Part shown: piece after piece, positions 40,480 through 53,809 of the stretch
Position numbering within the stretch: position 1 is the first letter of the stretch
How the letters are laid out: every line of letters begins with the position of its first letter
Assembly (NCBI GenBank): GCA_951406725.2
Contig: OX597828.1
Location: 41,292,001-41,356,000, forward strand
Length of the DNA: 64,000 nt
Source: Octopus vulgaris
Taxonomy: Eukaryota
Direction: 5' to 3'
The notes under the pieces: generated by a model
Database searches by the model: none
What the model was told of the DNA's origin: nothing
Seen by the model: the letters and a program-made list of their open reading frames with translations, nothing else
Position numbers and translations under genes: made by a program

Positions 40480-40833
40480 GCACATGATGCTTTGGGAAAC
40501 AGACAGAAATTGCTGCAGCTCGGCTGGGATGTGTTACCTCACCCTCCATATTTCCAGATATTGCTCCTTCGGATTTCCACTTATTCAGTTCTCTGCAGAA
40601 TAGTCTTAATGATAAAAATTTCAATTCCTTGGATGACGTAAAAAGATACCTTGAATTCTTTGTCAAGAAATCACCCCAGTTCTGGGAAGAGGGTATTTTC
40701 AAGTTAAAGGAAAGATGGAGACGCATTGTGCAACAAAATGGTTCATATTAGGTTGATTAAAAATGTAATGGCAAGTATTTATTGACCTTTTTCTTTCCTT
40801 TAAAAATCGGCACGAATTTTCCGGACAACCCAA
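40480..40833 (+). pseudogene. mariner transposase 3' fragment with right TIR
   Basis: LGWDVLPHPPYFPDIAPSDFHLF..LKERWRRIVQQNGSY; ends ttccggacaacccaa-TA. Confidence 0.88.
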
Positions 40834-41587
40834 TACATCTTGTCCTGGATATTATTTTAAAACTGCATCCGGTAATAGGGCCTTGGCTCGGCAGTTCCAG
40901 TGTTTTAAAGAGTGTGGAATCACTTCTGAGCCACTATTGTCCCCAGATCTCCTCTGACTCGAAGTAGTAGCACCTGTCAGGGCCTCAGCTATGGGTTATT
41001 AGCATGTAACCACCCGAGCCAGGGTATGCTGAAATCGTGGCATGTAGCTTGGTGGATGTGAACTCTTTCAGCAAACGAACTTATTGAATCAATAAACGAC
41101 GCTCACTAAACGCTGAGCGGATGAACAGACGAACAAACTGTCAACGGCCAGGATCAACTAGTTCAGTCAGCTAACTACTGCTACCGTTTGTAGTCGTGGC
41201 GTGCGCAGATGAGATATTTTAATTAACGAAAGACCAATGTGACTAAAACTCAAACCAGACGATCATACCTCATCGATCGATCTTGACGTCCTGCAAGCTC
41301 ACCGTCAGGATTGAATGACCTTGATGAAGTACTCTGAAGAGAGTTCAAGCAACTCTTTTACAGCATTAGGACAAAGGTCAGCAATAATGGGTTCATTCTG
41401 GACATTGTTCTTCGTCAAGGGGTTAGCTGCAACATGAAGTTAGATTAACTGTGAAGTGAGAGAGTTAACACAACACTGTAAATAGATTTAATTCATCATG
41501 TTGTCACTGAACTGTGTCTTCTTCACAGTACAGCATGTTACATGAATCGTATATGTTTATACATGCCTACATAATACACACACACAC

Positions 41588-41667
<80 letters not shown>

Positions 41668-41693
41668 AGAGAGAGAGTGGGAGAGAGAGAGAA

Positions 41694-42570
41694 AGGGTCC
41701 GGTGAATACACTGTTGTATAAATTATGCAAAAATAAAATAACACTGACATGTCATTTTAACGGGTATATTTACCAAAATTACATCTTGAAATACTAAGGT
41801 AAATTTATTCAATAAAATCGTCATTGACTTCAACCACGGCCTCCAGACGACTTCGGAATCTCTTGCAACTCGTCGGGACTGTCTCCTTGTTTAAGTTGGT
41901 GAATACTGCCATGATCCTTGCCTTCAGTTCATCTTTGGTGTTACAAAGATCTTTGTTGGTTTCTAGCTCAACTGCGCCCCACAAATAATAACCAAGGGGG
42001 TTGCAAGTCTTGGGAGTTAGGTGGCCAGATGTTAAAGGTGATGTGGTCGCAGAAATTACCTGACAGCAATGACTGGGTTCTCCTGATTGTGTTGCATGGT
42101 GCAGAGTCCTTTTGCCAGACACAGGGTCTTCCAGCAGTCACCCTCTTGACCCAGGGCAGCACTACTTCCTCCAGGCACTTGATATAGGCCTCCGTGTTGA
42201 TTCAAAGGTCGTGTGGAAAGATGAATGGGGACATAACGCCACCATCACTAGTGATCACTTTAAACACCATGATGTTGACTGGATGTTTGATTTTTATCAC
42301 TCTCGGTACATATCCTCAGATTGCACTGTCCTCAGATTGATACCAAAATACTCTGAAATGTTCGTATTGGAGTTTCCAACGCGAATACCAAGCTGTACAC
42401 ATGTCGTTTCCAATTATCTGGCAGAAGGAATTGCATCATGGTGCTGTTTTTCTCATAGATGGTGCCTAACTGATTCTACTATACTGTGTAGTCGACAAAA
42501 TCAAAAACAAACAATGTGCATGTGCGAAATTAAAAATATAAAATAGTGACAATTTACCAATCGCACACTG
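41694..42570 (-). mobile_element. Tc1/mariner-superfamily (maT/DD37D-like) element, decayed
   Basis: WQKDSAPC..WPPNS..CNPLGYYLWG..CKRFRSRLEAVVE; TIRs shared with 34008-34378. Confidence 0.85.
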
Positions 42571-43140
42571 TATGTATGTATGTATGTATGTATGTATGTA
42601 TGTATGTATGTATGTATGTATGTACGTAGTATGTATGTATGTATGTATGTATGTATGTATGTATGTATGTACGTAGTATGTATGTATGTATGTATGTATG
42701 TATGTATGTATGTATGTATGTATGTATGTATGTATGTACGTACGTAGTATGTATGTATGTATGTATGTATGTATGTATGTATGTATGTATGTATGTATGT
42801 ACGTACGTAGTATGTATGTATGTATGTACGTACGTACGTAGTATGTATGTATGTATGTATGTATGTATGTATGTATGTATGTATGTGTATGTATGTATGT
42901 ATGTATGTACGTACGTAGTATGTATGTATGTATGTATGTATGTATGTATGTATGTATGTATGTATGTAGTATGTATGTATGTATGTATGTATGTATGTAT
43001 GTATGTATGTATGTATGTATGTACGTACGTAGTATGTATGTATGTATGTATGTATGTATGTATGTATGTGTGTATGTATGTATGTATATATGTATGTGTG
43101 TGTGCGTGCGTATGTATGTGTGTATGTATGCATGTATGTA

Positions 43141-43183
<43 letters not shown>

Positions 43184-43190
43184 GTATGTA
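42571..43190. repeat. (TATG)n/(TG)n microsatellite
   Basis: Directly visible. Confidence 0.95.
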
Positions 43191-44245
43191 TTAGGTTGTC
43201 TCACATGAAATGTATTTTAAATGGGCTTCTTATGAGTCATCTATAAATGAATTCTTAATGAGTTTCTATGAATATACTTGTTTTTTCTTTCTGAGTAAAT
43301 ACTATTATTCAAAATTGCTACCCACAGCTCTTATGACGATGTTGACAACTGAACAATACCGAGTGATTTTCTTGTACGAATACAAGCTGGGTCACTCTGC
43401 CACCGAAGCTCTACGAAACATCAAGTGGGCTTTTGGTAACGATTCTGTTGACATTAGAACTGTTCAGAGATGGTTCCAAAGATTTAGTTCAGGAAATGAA
43501 AGCCTTAAAAATGAACCAAGAGTGAGACCAAAATCAGTTATTCGATATGATGAATTGAATGCTTTGGTTAAACGAAATCCAAGAACAACGGTCCGAAAAA
43601 TCGGATCGGAGCTCCAGACACCTCTCGCAACTGCTTCTCCACACTTAAAGAAAATTGGAAAAGTCGAAAAGATGGAAAGGTTTGTTTCCCATCAACTTAA
43701 TGAGATTCAAGGAAACAGACGCCTTACAGTGAGTTCCATGTTGATTTCTCGGTTGGAAAGAGAACCATTTTTGTATCGACTCATTACGTGTGATGAGAAA
43801 TGGAAACTCTTTGATAACAGCAGGAGGACAGGACAGTGATTAGACGCAGGAGAGTCACCAAGACACTACCTAAAACCACCATTGCACCCTAAAAGGTTGA
43901 TAGTCACTGTATGGTGGTCAACAAAGGGGGTTATTCATTAACAGCAACATCCTGTTGTCAGGAAATTGATTGTATGTATGGAAAATTAAAAAAGAAGCAA
44001 CCCAGATTATTGAATAGAGATGGCCAAATTTTGCTTCATGATAATGCACAGCCTCACACTTCCCAAGCTACGGTCTACATATTGCAAAGTCTGAATTAGG
44101 GACATCCTCCTTATTCTCCTGATACCTTTCCTATTGATTATCACATATTTAAACACTTGGAGTTTGCTATACACAATAAAACATTCTTAAATAAAGAAGC
44201 GGCAATTGAAGCATTCGAACAGTTTACCAGTGTAAAAGATGAGGT
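43191..44245 (+). pseudogene. mariner (D,D34D-type) transposase pseudogene
   Basis: Left TIR TA-ttaggttgtc; HTH (YEYKLGHSATEA..TVQRWFQRF), ITCDEKW, LLHDNAQPH, HPPYSPD; stops and frameshifts. Confidence 0.92.
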
Positions 44246-44294
44246 TTGCGCTCTCTGAGTGATCTTATTATCATTATTATTAATGTTATTATTA

Positions 44295-44324
<30 letters not shown>

Positions 44325-44325
<1 letters not shown>

Positions 44326-44675
44326 CATTCAGTAGTTTTATTTTTATAACGTGCTTTCACTTCACTACCGAGCGCAGCTCTGTGTGCCTTGGGTACGTGC
44401 TGTGATTTGTTGTGATGCTCTGATTGTTATTGTATGGAAAGTGTTCTGCGTAGGATGTGTGCAGTGCCTAGTAGTGCAATATTCTGTATGTTATATGTGT
44501 TTGTAAGTCCTGGTGTTTTTGTAATGTATTTGTCTGAATATTTTTTTTTATCATGCCTAATTAACCTACTGTGATAGGAATTGTTTCTGTTTTTAAATTC
44601 CACAATCTAGTTACCTCTATTTCCAGGTCTTTGTATTTTGAAAGTTTCTCCATTTCTTTTAGAGACACGTTGTCA

Positions 44676-44677
<2 letters not shown>
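44325..44677 (-). pseudogene. 3' end of a non-LTR element with a restriction-like endonuclease (R4/Dong-like) in (TAA)n
   Basis: KEMEKLSKYKDLEIEVTRLW..IPITVG..IQNIALLGTAHILRRTL; (TTA)n on both sides. Confidence 0.8.
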
Positions 44678-44767
<90 letters not shown>

Positions 44768-45251
44768 CATTATTATCATTAGTATTATTATCATTATTAT
44801 TAAGGTGGTGAGCTGGCAGAATCGTTAGCACGCCAGGCTAACGTTCTGAGTTCAAATTACGCCGAGGTCGTCTTTGCCTTTCATCCTTTCGGTGTCGATG
44901 AAATAAGTACCAGTTACGTACTGGGGTCAATGTAATCGACTGCCCTAATTGCAGGCCTTGTGCCTTTAGTAGAAAGGATCATTATGTTGTTAATGTTGAC
45001 GTTGTTGTTATCGTTGTTGTGACAAATAAATAGTTTATCGTAATATTTTATATTGTTTTATATATAAAAACTTATTATTTATTAATCAAGGTATGGCTGT
45101 GTGGTAAGTAGCTTGCTTACCAACCACATGGTTACGGGTTCATTCCCACTGCGTGGCACCTTGGGCAAGTGTCTTCTACTATAGCCTCGAGCCGACCAAA
45201 GCCTTGTGAGTGGATTTGGTAGACGGAAATTGAAAGAAGCCCGCCGTATAT

Positions 45252-45428
<177 letters not shown>

Positions 45429-45469
45429 TTATGTTTGTGTGTCTGTGAATATCTTTGGGTACATTCAGA

Positions 45470-45505
<36 letters not shown>

Positions 45506-46029
45506 ACGACTTCGATTACAAGCGAGTACACAGGCATGCATGTTTATATATGTATATACATGTATGTATGTATGTATGTATGTATGTATGTATGTATGTA
45601 TGTATGTATGTACGTACGTATGTATATATGTATGTATAAACTTTTAGTCAGCAGAAAAGTCAGGGTCCCCAAAACTGGTCGGAATGAGGGCAGTTGGGAC
45701 GGAGCAAAACTTGCGACAAGATGCAGACTTCCAGTGGACAATTCTCCTCCAAAAGCACCCAAGGAACCGTATCATTGTACTCATGTGTATGACAGATTAA
45801 GTTTATGTTTAGGCGCAGTGAGATTTGAACTCAAAGCGCAGTGATTCGGAGGCATTTTATTCGACCGTTTAGCAACTCTTCCGTACACTTTTACATGTTT
45901 ATATCTTTATATAGATGCAGTTGAGTATGTGCTCGCGTGTATATACGTGGTCGTATTATGTATGTATGTATGTATGTATGTATGTATGTATGTATGTATG
46001 TATGTATGTATGTATGTATGTATACATGT

Positions 46030-46387
46030 GTGGAGGCGCAATGGCCCAGTGGTTAGGGCAGCGAAGTCGCGGTTTCGATTCCCAGACCGGGCGCTGTGAG
46101 TGTTTATTGAGCGAAAACACCTAAAGCCCCACGAGGCTCCGGCAGGGGGTGGTAGCGAACCCTACTATACTCTTTCACCATAACTTTCTCCTTGTTTCTG
46201 TTGTATCTGTATTTCAAAGGGCCTGGCTTGTCACACTCTGTGTCACGCTGAATCTTCCCAGAGAACTACGTTAAGGGGTACAAGTGTCTGTGGAGTGCTC
46301 AGCCACTTACACATTAATTTCACAAGCAGGCTCATCCATTGATCAGATCAACTGGAACCCTCGTCGTCGTAACCGACGGAGTGCCAC
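46030..46387 (+). mobile_element. SINE family B (diverged)
   Basis: Match to the family. Confidence 0.85.
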
Positions 46388-46573
46388 GAATGTATGTATG
46401 TATGTATGTATGTATGTATGTATGTATGTATGTATGTATGTATGTATGTATGTATGCATGTATGTATCTATCTATCTATATTCTTTTATTCCTTTATTTG
46501 TTTCAGTCATTTGACTTCAGCCATGCTGGAGCACCGCCTTGAAGAGTTTTAGTCGAAAATATATGTATATGTA

Positions 46574-46774
<201 letters not shown>

Positions 46775-47120
46775 TTTAAGTTGGTTTACAGGAAACGTTT
46801 TGAATATGCGTATAAAAGCTGCTATTTTATTATGCCGGCTACAACCTAATGATGCCAAGTGGCAATATCAATCTCACCGAGCTGTGTCGATATAATGAAG
46901 GATAACTGTAGTAATAACAATAATAATAATAATAATCCTTGGGTGGAATTTATAAATAATTTAATGGATTGCTACGCGCGTTTCAACAAATTACATGCTT
47001 CTTAAGACCATAGTCCGTATTCTTGACATGATTAGTGTAGTACGTAGCATCCGTGGACATCGGGTAGATCATGTTCATGCATTCATTTCATCGGGTGAAA
47101 TAGCCTTAATAGATTATATA

Positions 47121-47414
47121 TATAAGTAAATAAATGGAGTTGAACGCAGATGCTATTCAAGTTCTTTTACTTTGTCATTCCGTAGGGAAAACAAATTAAA
47201 TCTAATCTTCCTCTACAATTCCGTGAAGTGGTTGGTAAGAACTTTCCAAAAAATTCCAGATATTATTCAATTATTAATTCTCATATAGTTAGAGATGCCT
47301 TCTCCAACACAAAGAATCTTTCACAAATTATATCTTCGCATAATACCAGTCTGCTAAATAAAAGTTTATTTTCTGGGAGTTCCAACATTAATTTTGTTAA
47401 TTCTAGCCCCTCAC

Positions 47415-47474
<60 letters not shown>

Positions 47475-48450
47475 GCAATAAAACATGGTTTTGGTCTCTG
47501 AGGACAACCCCAACAGAATTAAATTTATGTCTAATGATTCTAAGATCAAGAATTCTATATACCAATGTAAAGTTTCTTACGGTACCTATGTCTTCTTCTA
47601 CATTGGCGCATCCTCTTCCCAGTTATCTAAGAGAATTTCCAATCATTATTCTTCATTTAGGGATAGCAATAAACGTCATAGCTCAGGGCTAAGTAAATTG
47701 GTTTGGTATCTTAAAGACAACAATAAGGATTTTAAGTTAGATTGGTTCATCCTGTCCATATCTTTTCCTTATGATAAGGGCAAAAGATTTGGTAACATTT
47801 GCATCTCTGAACTCTTCTATATTCTCTTCTCTAAAATCACCTTGTTAACACACTTATAGAGCGTTCTTACAAATGTAAGCACTGGCAGAAACATACCTTT
47901 AGCTCATATAAGTGATTTTACCAGTCTTTATAGTTTGAACAGTTAGTTAACTTGCACTTTACTTCAATAGAGAAATCTACTTCCAAGCCTTTGAACATTT
48001 TTTCAACCAATATATACCCCTTTATTTGTTCTCTACTTATTATTTCCTTACCCCTTCTCTTTCTAGTATCTGCCTTTGACGTCGAATCTACTAATGGCTT
48101 TTTAAAATACTCAATAACGTTCTGTTTATCATTTATGCAGTCATCAAAATTGTTATAATGTATTGTTGTTGAGATACGCTCTCTTTCTTTCCTGATGAGA
48201 AGATTGCATTTACACCGTTTATTCCTTTGGAATAAAACCAATGTTGTCTTCGAAACATATGTCGAAAGTAAAAGAATTTGAATAGCATCTGCGTTCAACT
48301 CCATTTATTTACTTATACTACACAAATTACTGCACATTAACCCAGAGTTTCTACCTTTGAATAAGTCGCTACATCCTTGTTACTTGCGTGAATTTTGCTA
48401 CCCTGGTAACTGTTTATTGAATTTTCCATGTTAACGGTAAACAAAGGATA
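47121..48450 (+). mobile_element. 5'-truncated Penelope-like element: GIY-YIG endonuclease remnant, pseudo-LTR and inverted 5' segment
   Basis: NSIYQCKV..FYIGASS..KRISNHYSSF..LSKLVWYLK..C..E GIY-YIG pattern (47530-47860); 47121-47173 is the reverse complement of 48265-48317. Confidence 0.88.
48187..48268 (+). ncRNA. Canonical type I hammerhead ribozyme in the PLE pseudo-LTR
   Basis: ctttc / CTGATGA / gaaga..(tttattcc-ttt-ggaataaa)..tcttc / GAAA / catatg / TC / gaaag; cleavage predicted after C48263. Confidence 0.88.
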
Positions 48451-49086
48451 ATTCATTCATCCATTTACACACACACACACATATATATACACACACACAG
48501 ACTCGTACGTTTTCGCTTACATGCCAGTACACAAACACCCTTATTTATTAATGTATATACATGTATGTATGTATGTATGTATGTATGTATGTATGTATGT
48601 ATGTATGTATGTATGTATGCATGCATGCATGTATGTACGTACGTACACATTCACGCTTCTCCAGGGTGCTATTAACGGCGTTAATAGCAACCTGAAGAAG
48701 CGACAATTAACACCAAAAATGCACGCTAAGATGCAAAATTTTGCAGTGTGCACTGAGGTGCAGCAGACACATGTAGGTGCAGAAATGGAAAGACATGATT
48801 GACTGTAGAATAAAAATGGACATATAAATCTCTGTTCCCCTTATTATTAATTTATTATTTCTTCTCTACTAACCTAGTTTGAAAATTTACCCCCACCCCT
48901 CTCTCTCTCATATATATATATAATACATTACTTAATCATTGTTATATGTTTTATCGTATATTTAATCTTTCTGTATAATATGTACTTTTTCTAAATGGTA
49001 TAATTTAATTTTTCATAATTGAATTGATAAAAGGAGGTTTTTTTTCTAATTTATATATATACATACCTCGCTTAGAGATTTATTAT

Positions 49087-49253
<167 letters not shown>

Positions 49254-49264
49254 ATGTATGTATG

Positions 49265-49328
<64 letters not shown>

Positions 49329-49537
49329 AATATGAGGGGTTGAGTTCACTTGAGATATAAACCGAATATGTACGCTGGGTAAGCTGGTCGACCATTAAGT
49401 TCAAAGATCACAGCTAAGGGTGGATCTAGGGACCCGTGTTAGGGTTCGATCTAGGGACTTGTGTTAGGGTTCCGTCATAGCATGTATAATATTGGAATTG
49501 AAATACTCATTCTGCCTCGGTTTTGATATTTCCTTTA

Positions 49538-49585
<48 letters not shown>

Positions 49586-49701
49586 TGTTTCGTTATTGCC
49601 CACAAGGGGATAAACATAGAAGGGACAAACAAGGACAGACAAATGGATTAAGTCGATTACATCGACCCCCTGCGCGTAACTAGTACTTAATAATAATAAT
49701 A

Positions 49702-49740
<39 letters not shown>

Positions 49741-49852
49741 TATTTGTGTGTAGTGACTCTATGCAGGAATGGCGTGGATTCAATCCTCGGTTGCCAAATT
49801 TCACTTAACAGTTCAACAGCATGCACACACATTCATTATATATACACAGTTG

Positions 49853-49888
<36 letters not shown>

Positions 49889-50765
49889 TGAAAAACATTT
49901 GCATTTAGCGACTTCGACATCAATGACATAGTAACATTGAGAATACTATCAACCAAGTCCGGTGTCGCCGTCACCGCCACCTCAAGAAACACCACCGCTG
50001 ACATCAACATCACCAACAACAACAACAGCAACATTTACAACAAGAAAAGCTCTTACTTGTGGATTCCTTCCAGACGAAAAATCCAAGATCAAAGAAACAT
50101 TGGGTGTCGGTGTGTGAAAGCTAAAGACTCCGTAAACTGACTTCGAAGCTGGCTTGTGAGTATGTATGAGATAAGTGTGTGTAACATGGATTGAAGCAAG
50201 AAAAGGAAAAATAAGTAAGAAGACAGATATGTAAGGCAGAGTGAGAGAAAAAGGAAGAAAAGTGAGAGAGAGAGAGAGAGGGAGGGAACGAGGGACATGA
50301 ATAAAATAGAGAGAGAAAGAAAAAGAGATAGACAGAGAGAGAGAGAGAGAGAGTTGACGAAGTAGAGGTATGTGCAGGTAAGAGGAAGTTGACTGGAACA
50401 AATAGTTGTAAAAAGAGTAGTAGTAGTAGTAGGAGAATGTGCCGAGAGAGGAAAGGAAGGCGCAGGTAAAGAGAGAGGGGTGGGATTAGTTGTATCTATT
50501 TACTTGTAAATCGAATCGTAGTCGTGAGAGACGACTGTGTATGTGTGTTACAAGCTAAGCTTTCTTGCATGTTATGAGGGTGGAAAGAAGAAGAAAAAAA
50601 AATAAATGAAAATAAAAATGAAAAGAGATAAAATAAAATAAAATAAAATAAAATAAAATTAAATTAAAAAAAAAACCCGAGACGTGTCATGAAATTCGTT
50701 TTGCAATTGTAACTTTATCATACATATACATATACATACATACATATGTACATGTATTCAATTAT

Positions 50766-50872
50766 ACAGTTGTATGCATTACATGTGTGTGTTCCTCGAC
50801 CGGTGTGGGTGTTGTTACGTCCCAGAAACACCCGCGATAGGCGAAAATCCGCGAAGTAGAAACTACTGTGTA

Positions 50873-50939
<67 letters not shown>

Positions 50940-51057
50940 TTCATAATTTGTAGATATTTATTTTATTATTAAAGCAAAACAACACCGCGGAGGAATCGAC
51001 GTAAGCTTAAATAATAAACCGCGATAAGTGAACCGCGATATGAGAAGAGATTACTGA
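50766..51057. mobile_element. Tigger-like MITE remnant with (TTA)n expansion
   Basis: Repeated ccgcgata subterminal motifs; cagt..actg-like ends. Confidence 0.5.
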
Positions 51058-51078
51058 ATATATGTATATATATATATA

Positions 51079-51243
51079 GGCGCAGGAGTGGCTGTGTGGT
51101 AAGTAGCTTGCTAACCAACAACATGGTTCCGGGTTCAGTCCCACTGCGTGGCATCTTGGGCGAGTGTCTTCTGCTATAGCCCCGGGCCGACCAATGCCTT
51201 GTGAGTGGATTTGGTAGACGGAAACTGAAAGAAGCATGTCGTA

Positions 51244-51306
<63 letters not shown>

Positions 51307-51531
51307 GTGTGTACGTGTTTGTGTGTTTGTGTTTGTCTCCCTAGCATTGCTTGACAAGCGATGCTGGTGTGTTTACGTCCCCGTCAATTAGCGGTTCGGC
51401 AAAAAGAGACCGATAGAATAAGTACTGGGCTTACAAAGAATAAGTCCCGGGGTCGAGTTGCTCGACTAAAGGCGGTGCTCCAGCATGGCCGCAGTCAAAT
51501 GACTGAAACAAGTAAAAGAGAGTAAAAGAGA
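51079..51531 (+). mobile_element. SINE family A, full length
   Basis: Complete copy. Confidence 0.9.
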
Positions 51532-51547
51532 ATATATATATATATAC

Positions 51548-52178
51548 TTGTCCTAAGCCACTTTGACTATTGCTCTCAGCTATGGTCACCATCCAGTGTC
51601 AAGTTGATCACAGAACTTGAGGCGATCCAACGAAGCTACACGAAGAAGATAGCCTCTGTGCAGCATACGAGCTACTGGGAGAAACTCAAGAGATTAAAGC
51701 TCTATTCCCTGGAGCGTAGGCGAGAAAGATATGCCATAATATATACCTGGAAGATCCTGGAAGGTCTTGTCCCAGACTTTGGCATCGAGAGTCACACAAA
51801 CGCCAGAACCGGACGCCACTGCGTAGTACCAAGGACTCCAAATTTGCCATCAAGATGTAGGACAAGATATTGTGATAGCCTGGGCTTCAGAGGCCCACGG
51901 CTCTTCAATGTCCTCCCGAAGAACCTGAGGGACCTGCATGGTGTAGATGCGGATGTCTTTAAAGTAGGACTGGATCTCTTCCTGTCAGGTGTCCCGGATG
52001 AACCAACTTCACGGCAGGAGGTGCAGATGAGGGCAGCTGCATCGAACTCTCTCATGCATCAGATGGCGTTTGCTAAAAAGCATCCGTGAGGTAAACCCGT
52101 GTAGCAAACCAAATGGCGGTGCCCCAGCATGGCCATAGCTCATTAGCTGAAACTGGAAAAATCAAAATCATCAAAATC
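51548..52178 (+). pseudogene. 3' end of a CR1-group LINE
   Basis: HFDYCSQLWSP..LEAIQRSYTKKI..LKLYSLERRRERY..WKIL..GPRLFNVLP..FK..LD.FL; followed by a short 3' UTR. Confidence 0.9.
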
Positions 52179-52182
52179 ATAT

Positions 52183-52370
52183 ATGGAGTTTAACGCAGGT
52201 ATAATTCAAATACTTTGAATTATACATGCGTTAAACTCCATTTATTTACTTATATATTATTAAAAAAATTCCACGTAAACCCAAAGTTTCTACCTTTAAA
52301 AACAAGGAGTTACAACCTCTTGTGGTTTTTTGCTACCCTGGTAACTATTTGTTAACAAGGGGAAAATACA
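52183..52370 (+). mobile_element. Short PLE pseudo-LTR fragment with a foldback 5' end
   Basis: 28-bp arms at 52183-52210 and 52214-52241; body homologous to 48277-48450. Confidence 0.7.
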
Positions 52371-52373
52371 CTC

Positions 52374-52457
<84 letters not shown>

Positions 52458-52466
52458 GTCTATCTG

Positions 52467-52531
<65 letters not shown>

Positions 52532-52847
52532 GAGGCCCAGCGGTTAGGGCAGCGGACACGCGTTTGTAAGATCACGGTTTCGATTCCCAGACCGGGCGTT
52601 GTGAGTGTTTATCGAGCGAAAACACCTAAAGCTCCACGACGCTCTGGCAGGGGGTGGTAGCGAACCCTGCTTTACTCTTTCGCCACAACTTTCTCTTACA
52701 CTTTCCTCCTGTTTCTGTTGTACCTGTATTTCAAATGGCTAGTTGAATATCCCCGAGAACTACTTTAAGGGTACACGTGTCTGTGGAGTGCTCGGCCACT
52801 TACACGTTAATTTCACGAGCAGACGCCCAAGGAAGGAAAGAAAGATG

Positions 52848-52882
52848 GTTTAACGTTTGAGTAAACGCTCTTCTTCGGAAAC
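52848..52882 (-). ncRNA. Degenerate hammerhead relic
   Basis: Minus strand gttt / CCGAAGA / agagc-gttta-ctc / AAA (G12 lost) / cg / TT / aaac. Confidence 0.5.
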
Positions 52883-53177
52883 AGAGGAAAGTCCAATAGA
52901 AAGGAAAACGAAGGAAGAAAATTGCCAACGATTTCACATGTGGTTACATTTTGAATATATAATATTTTGGGACGGTCATATCTCTTCTTGCCATATAAAC
53001 ACATGCACTATATATTCGTTCTTCACCTGTTTATTATTACTATTCTTCTTCTTCTTCTTCTTCTTCTTCTTCTTCTTCTTCTTCTTCTTCTTCTTCTTCT
53101 TCTTCTTCTTCTTCTTCTTCTTCTTCTTCTTCTTCTTCTTCTTCTTCTTCTTCTTCTTCTTCTTCTTCTTCTTCTTC

Positions 53178-53209
<32 letters not shown>

Positions 53210-53261
53210 GTCAAGCGATGTTGGGGGGACAAACACAGACACACATACATACATACATACA

Positions 53262-53292
<31 letters not shown>

Positions 53293-53293
53293 T

Positions 53294-53343
<50 letters not shown>

Positions 53344-53809
53344 TTGAAAACCCCACTAGAATGGGAGAAAGCGCTAATAATCTGAATGATATGATATATA
53401 TATATGTAAAAAATGTAATATATAAATAAATATCTATAAATATGAACCATCCGATCTTCTGATTACCTCATTTCTTCTAATATATAATACCTGTACATCA
53501 TCTCCAAACCTTCCAATATATATATATATATATATATACGACGGTCTTCTTACAGTTTCTGTCTACCAAATCCATTCACAAGGCATTGGTCAGCCTGAGG
53601 CTATAGTAGAAGACACTTGCCCAAGGTGCCACGCAGTGGGACTGAACCCAGAACCGTGTGGTTATTAAGCAAGCTACTTACCACACAGCCACTCCTGCAC
53701 CTGAAATAATATTTGTTTCAACATACAATTTCATATCATGAATCTTGCAAAGCAAATTCATAAACGTATACATATATCTATATATCTAAAACTAATGAAT
53801 GATGTATTC

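Noticed and set aside
43210-43839. Intact or domesticated SETMAR-like gene
   Set aside because: In-frame stop and frameshifts before the catalytic triad is complete; no SET domain
47060-47100. Minus-strand ccgatga..gaac hammerhead-like word
   Set aside because: GAAA and stem I pairing are missing
49425-49472. Telomere-associated repeat (two 25-bp units containing ttaggg)
   Set aside because: Only two copies; too little to interpret
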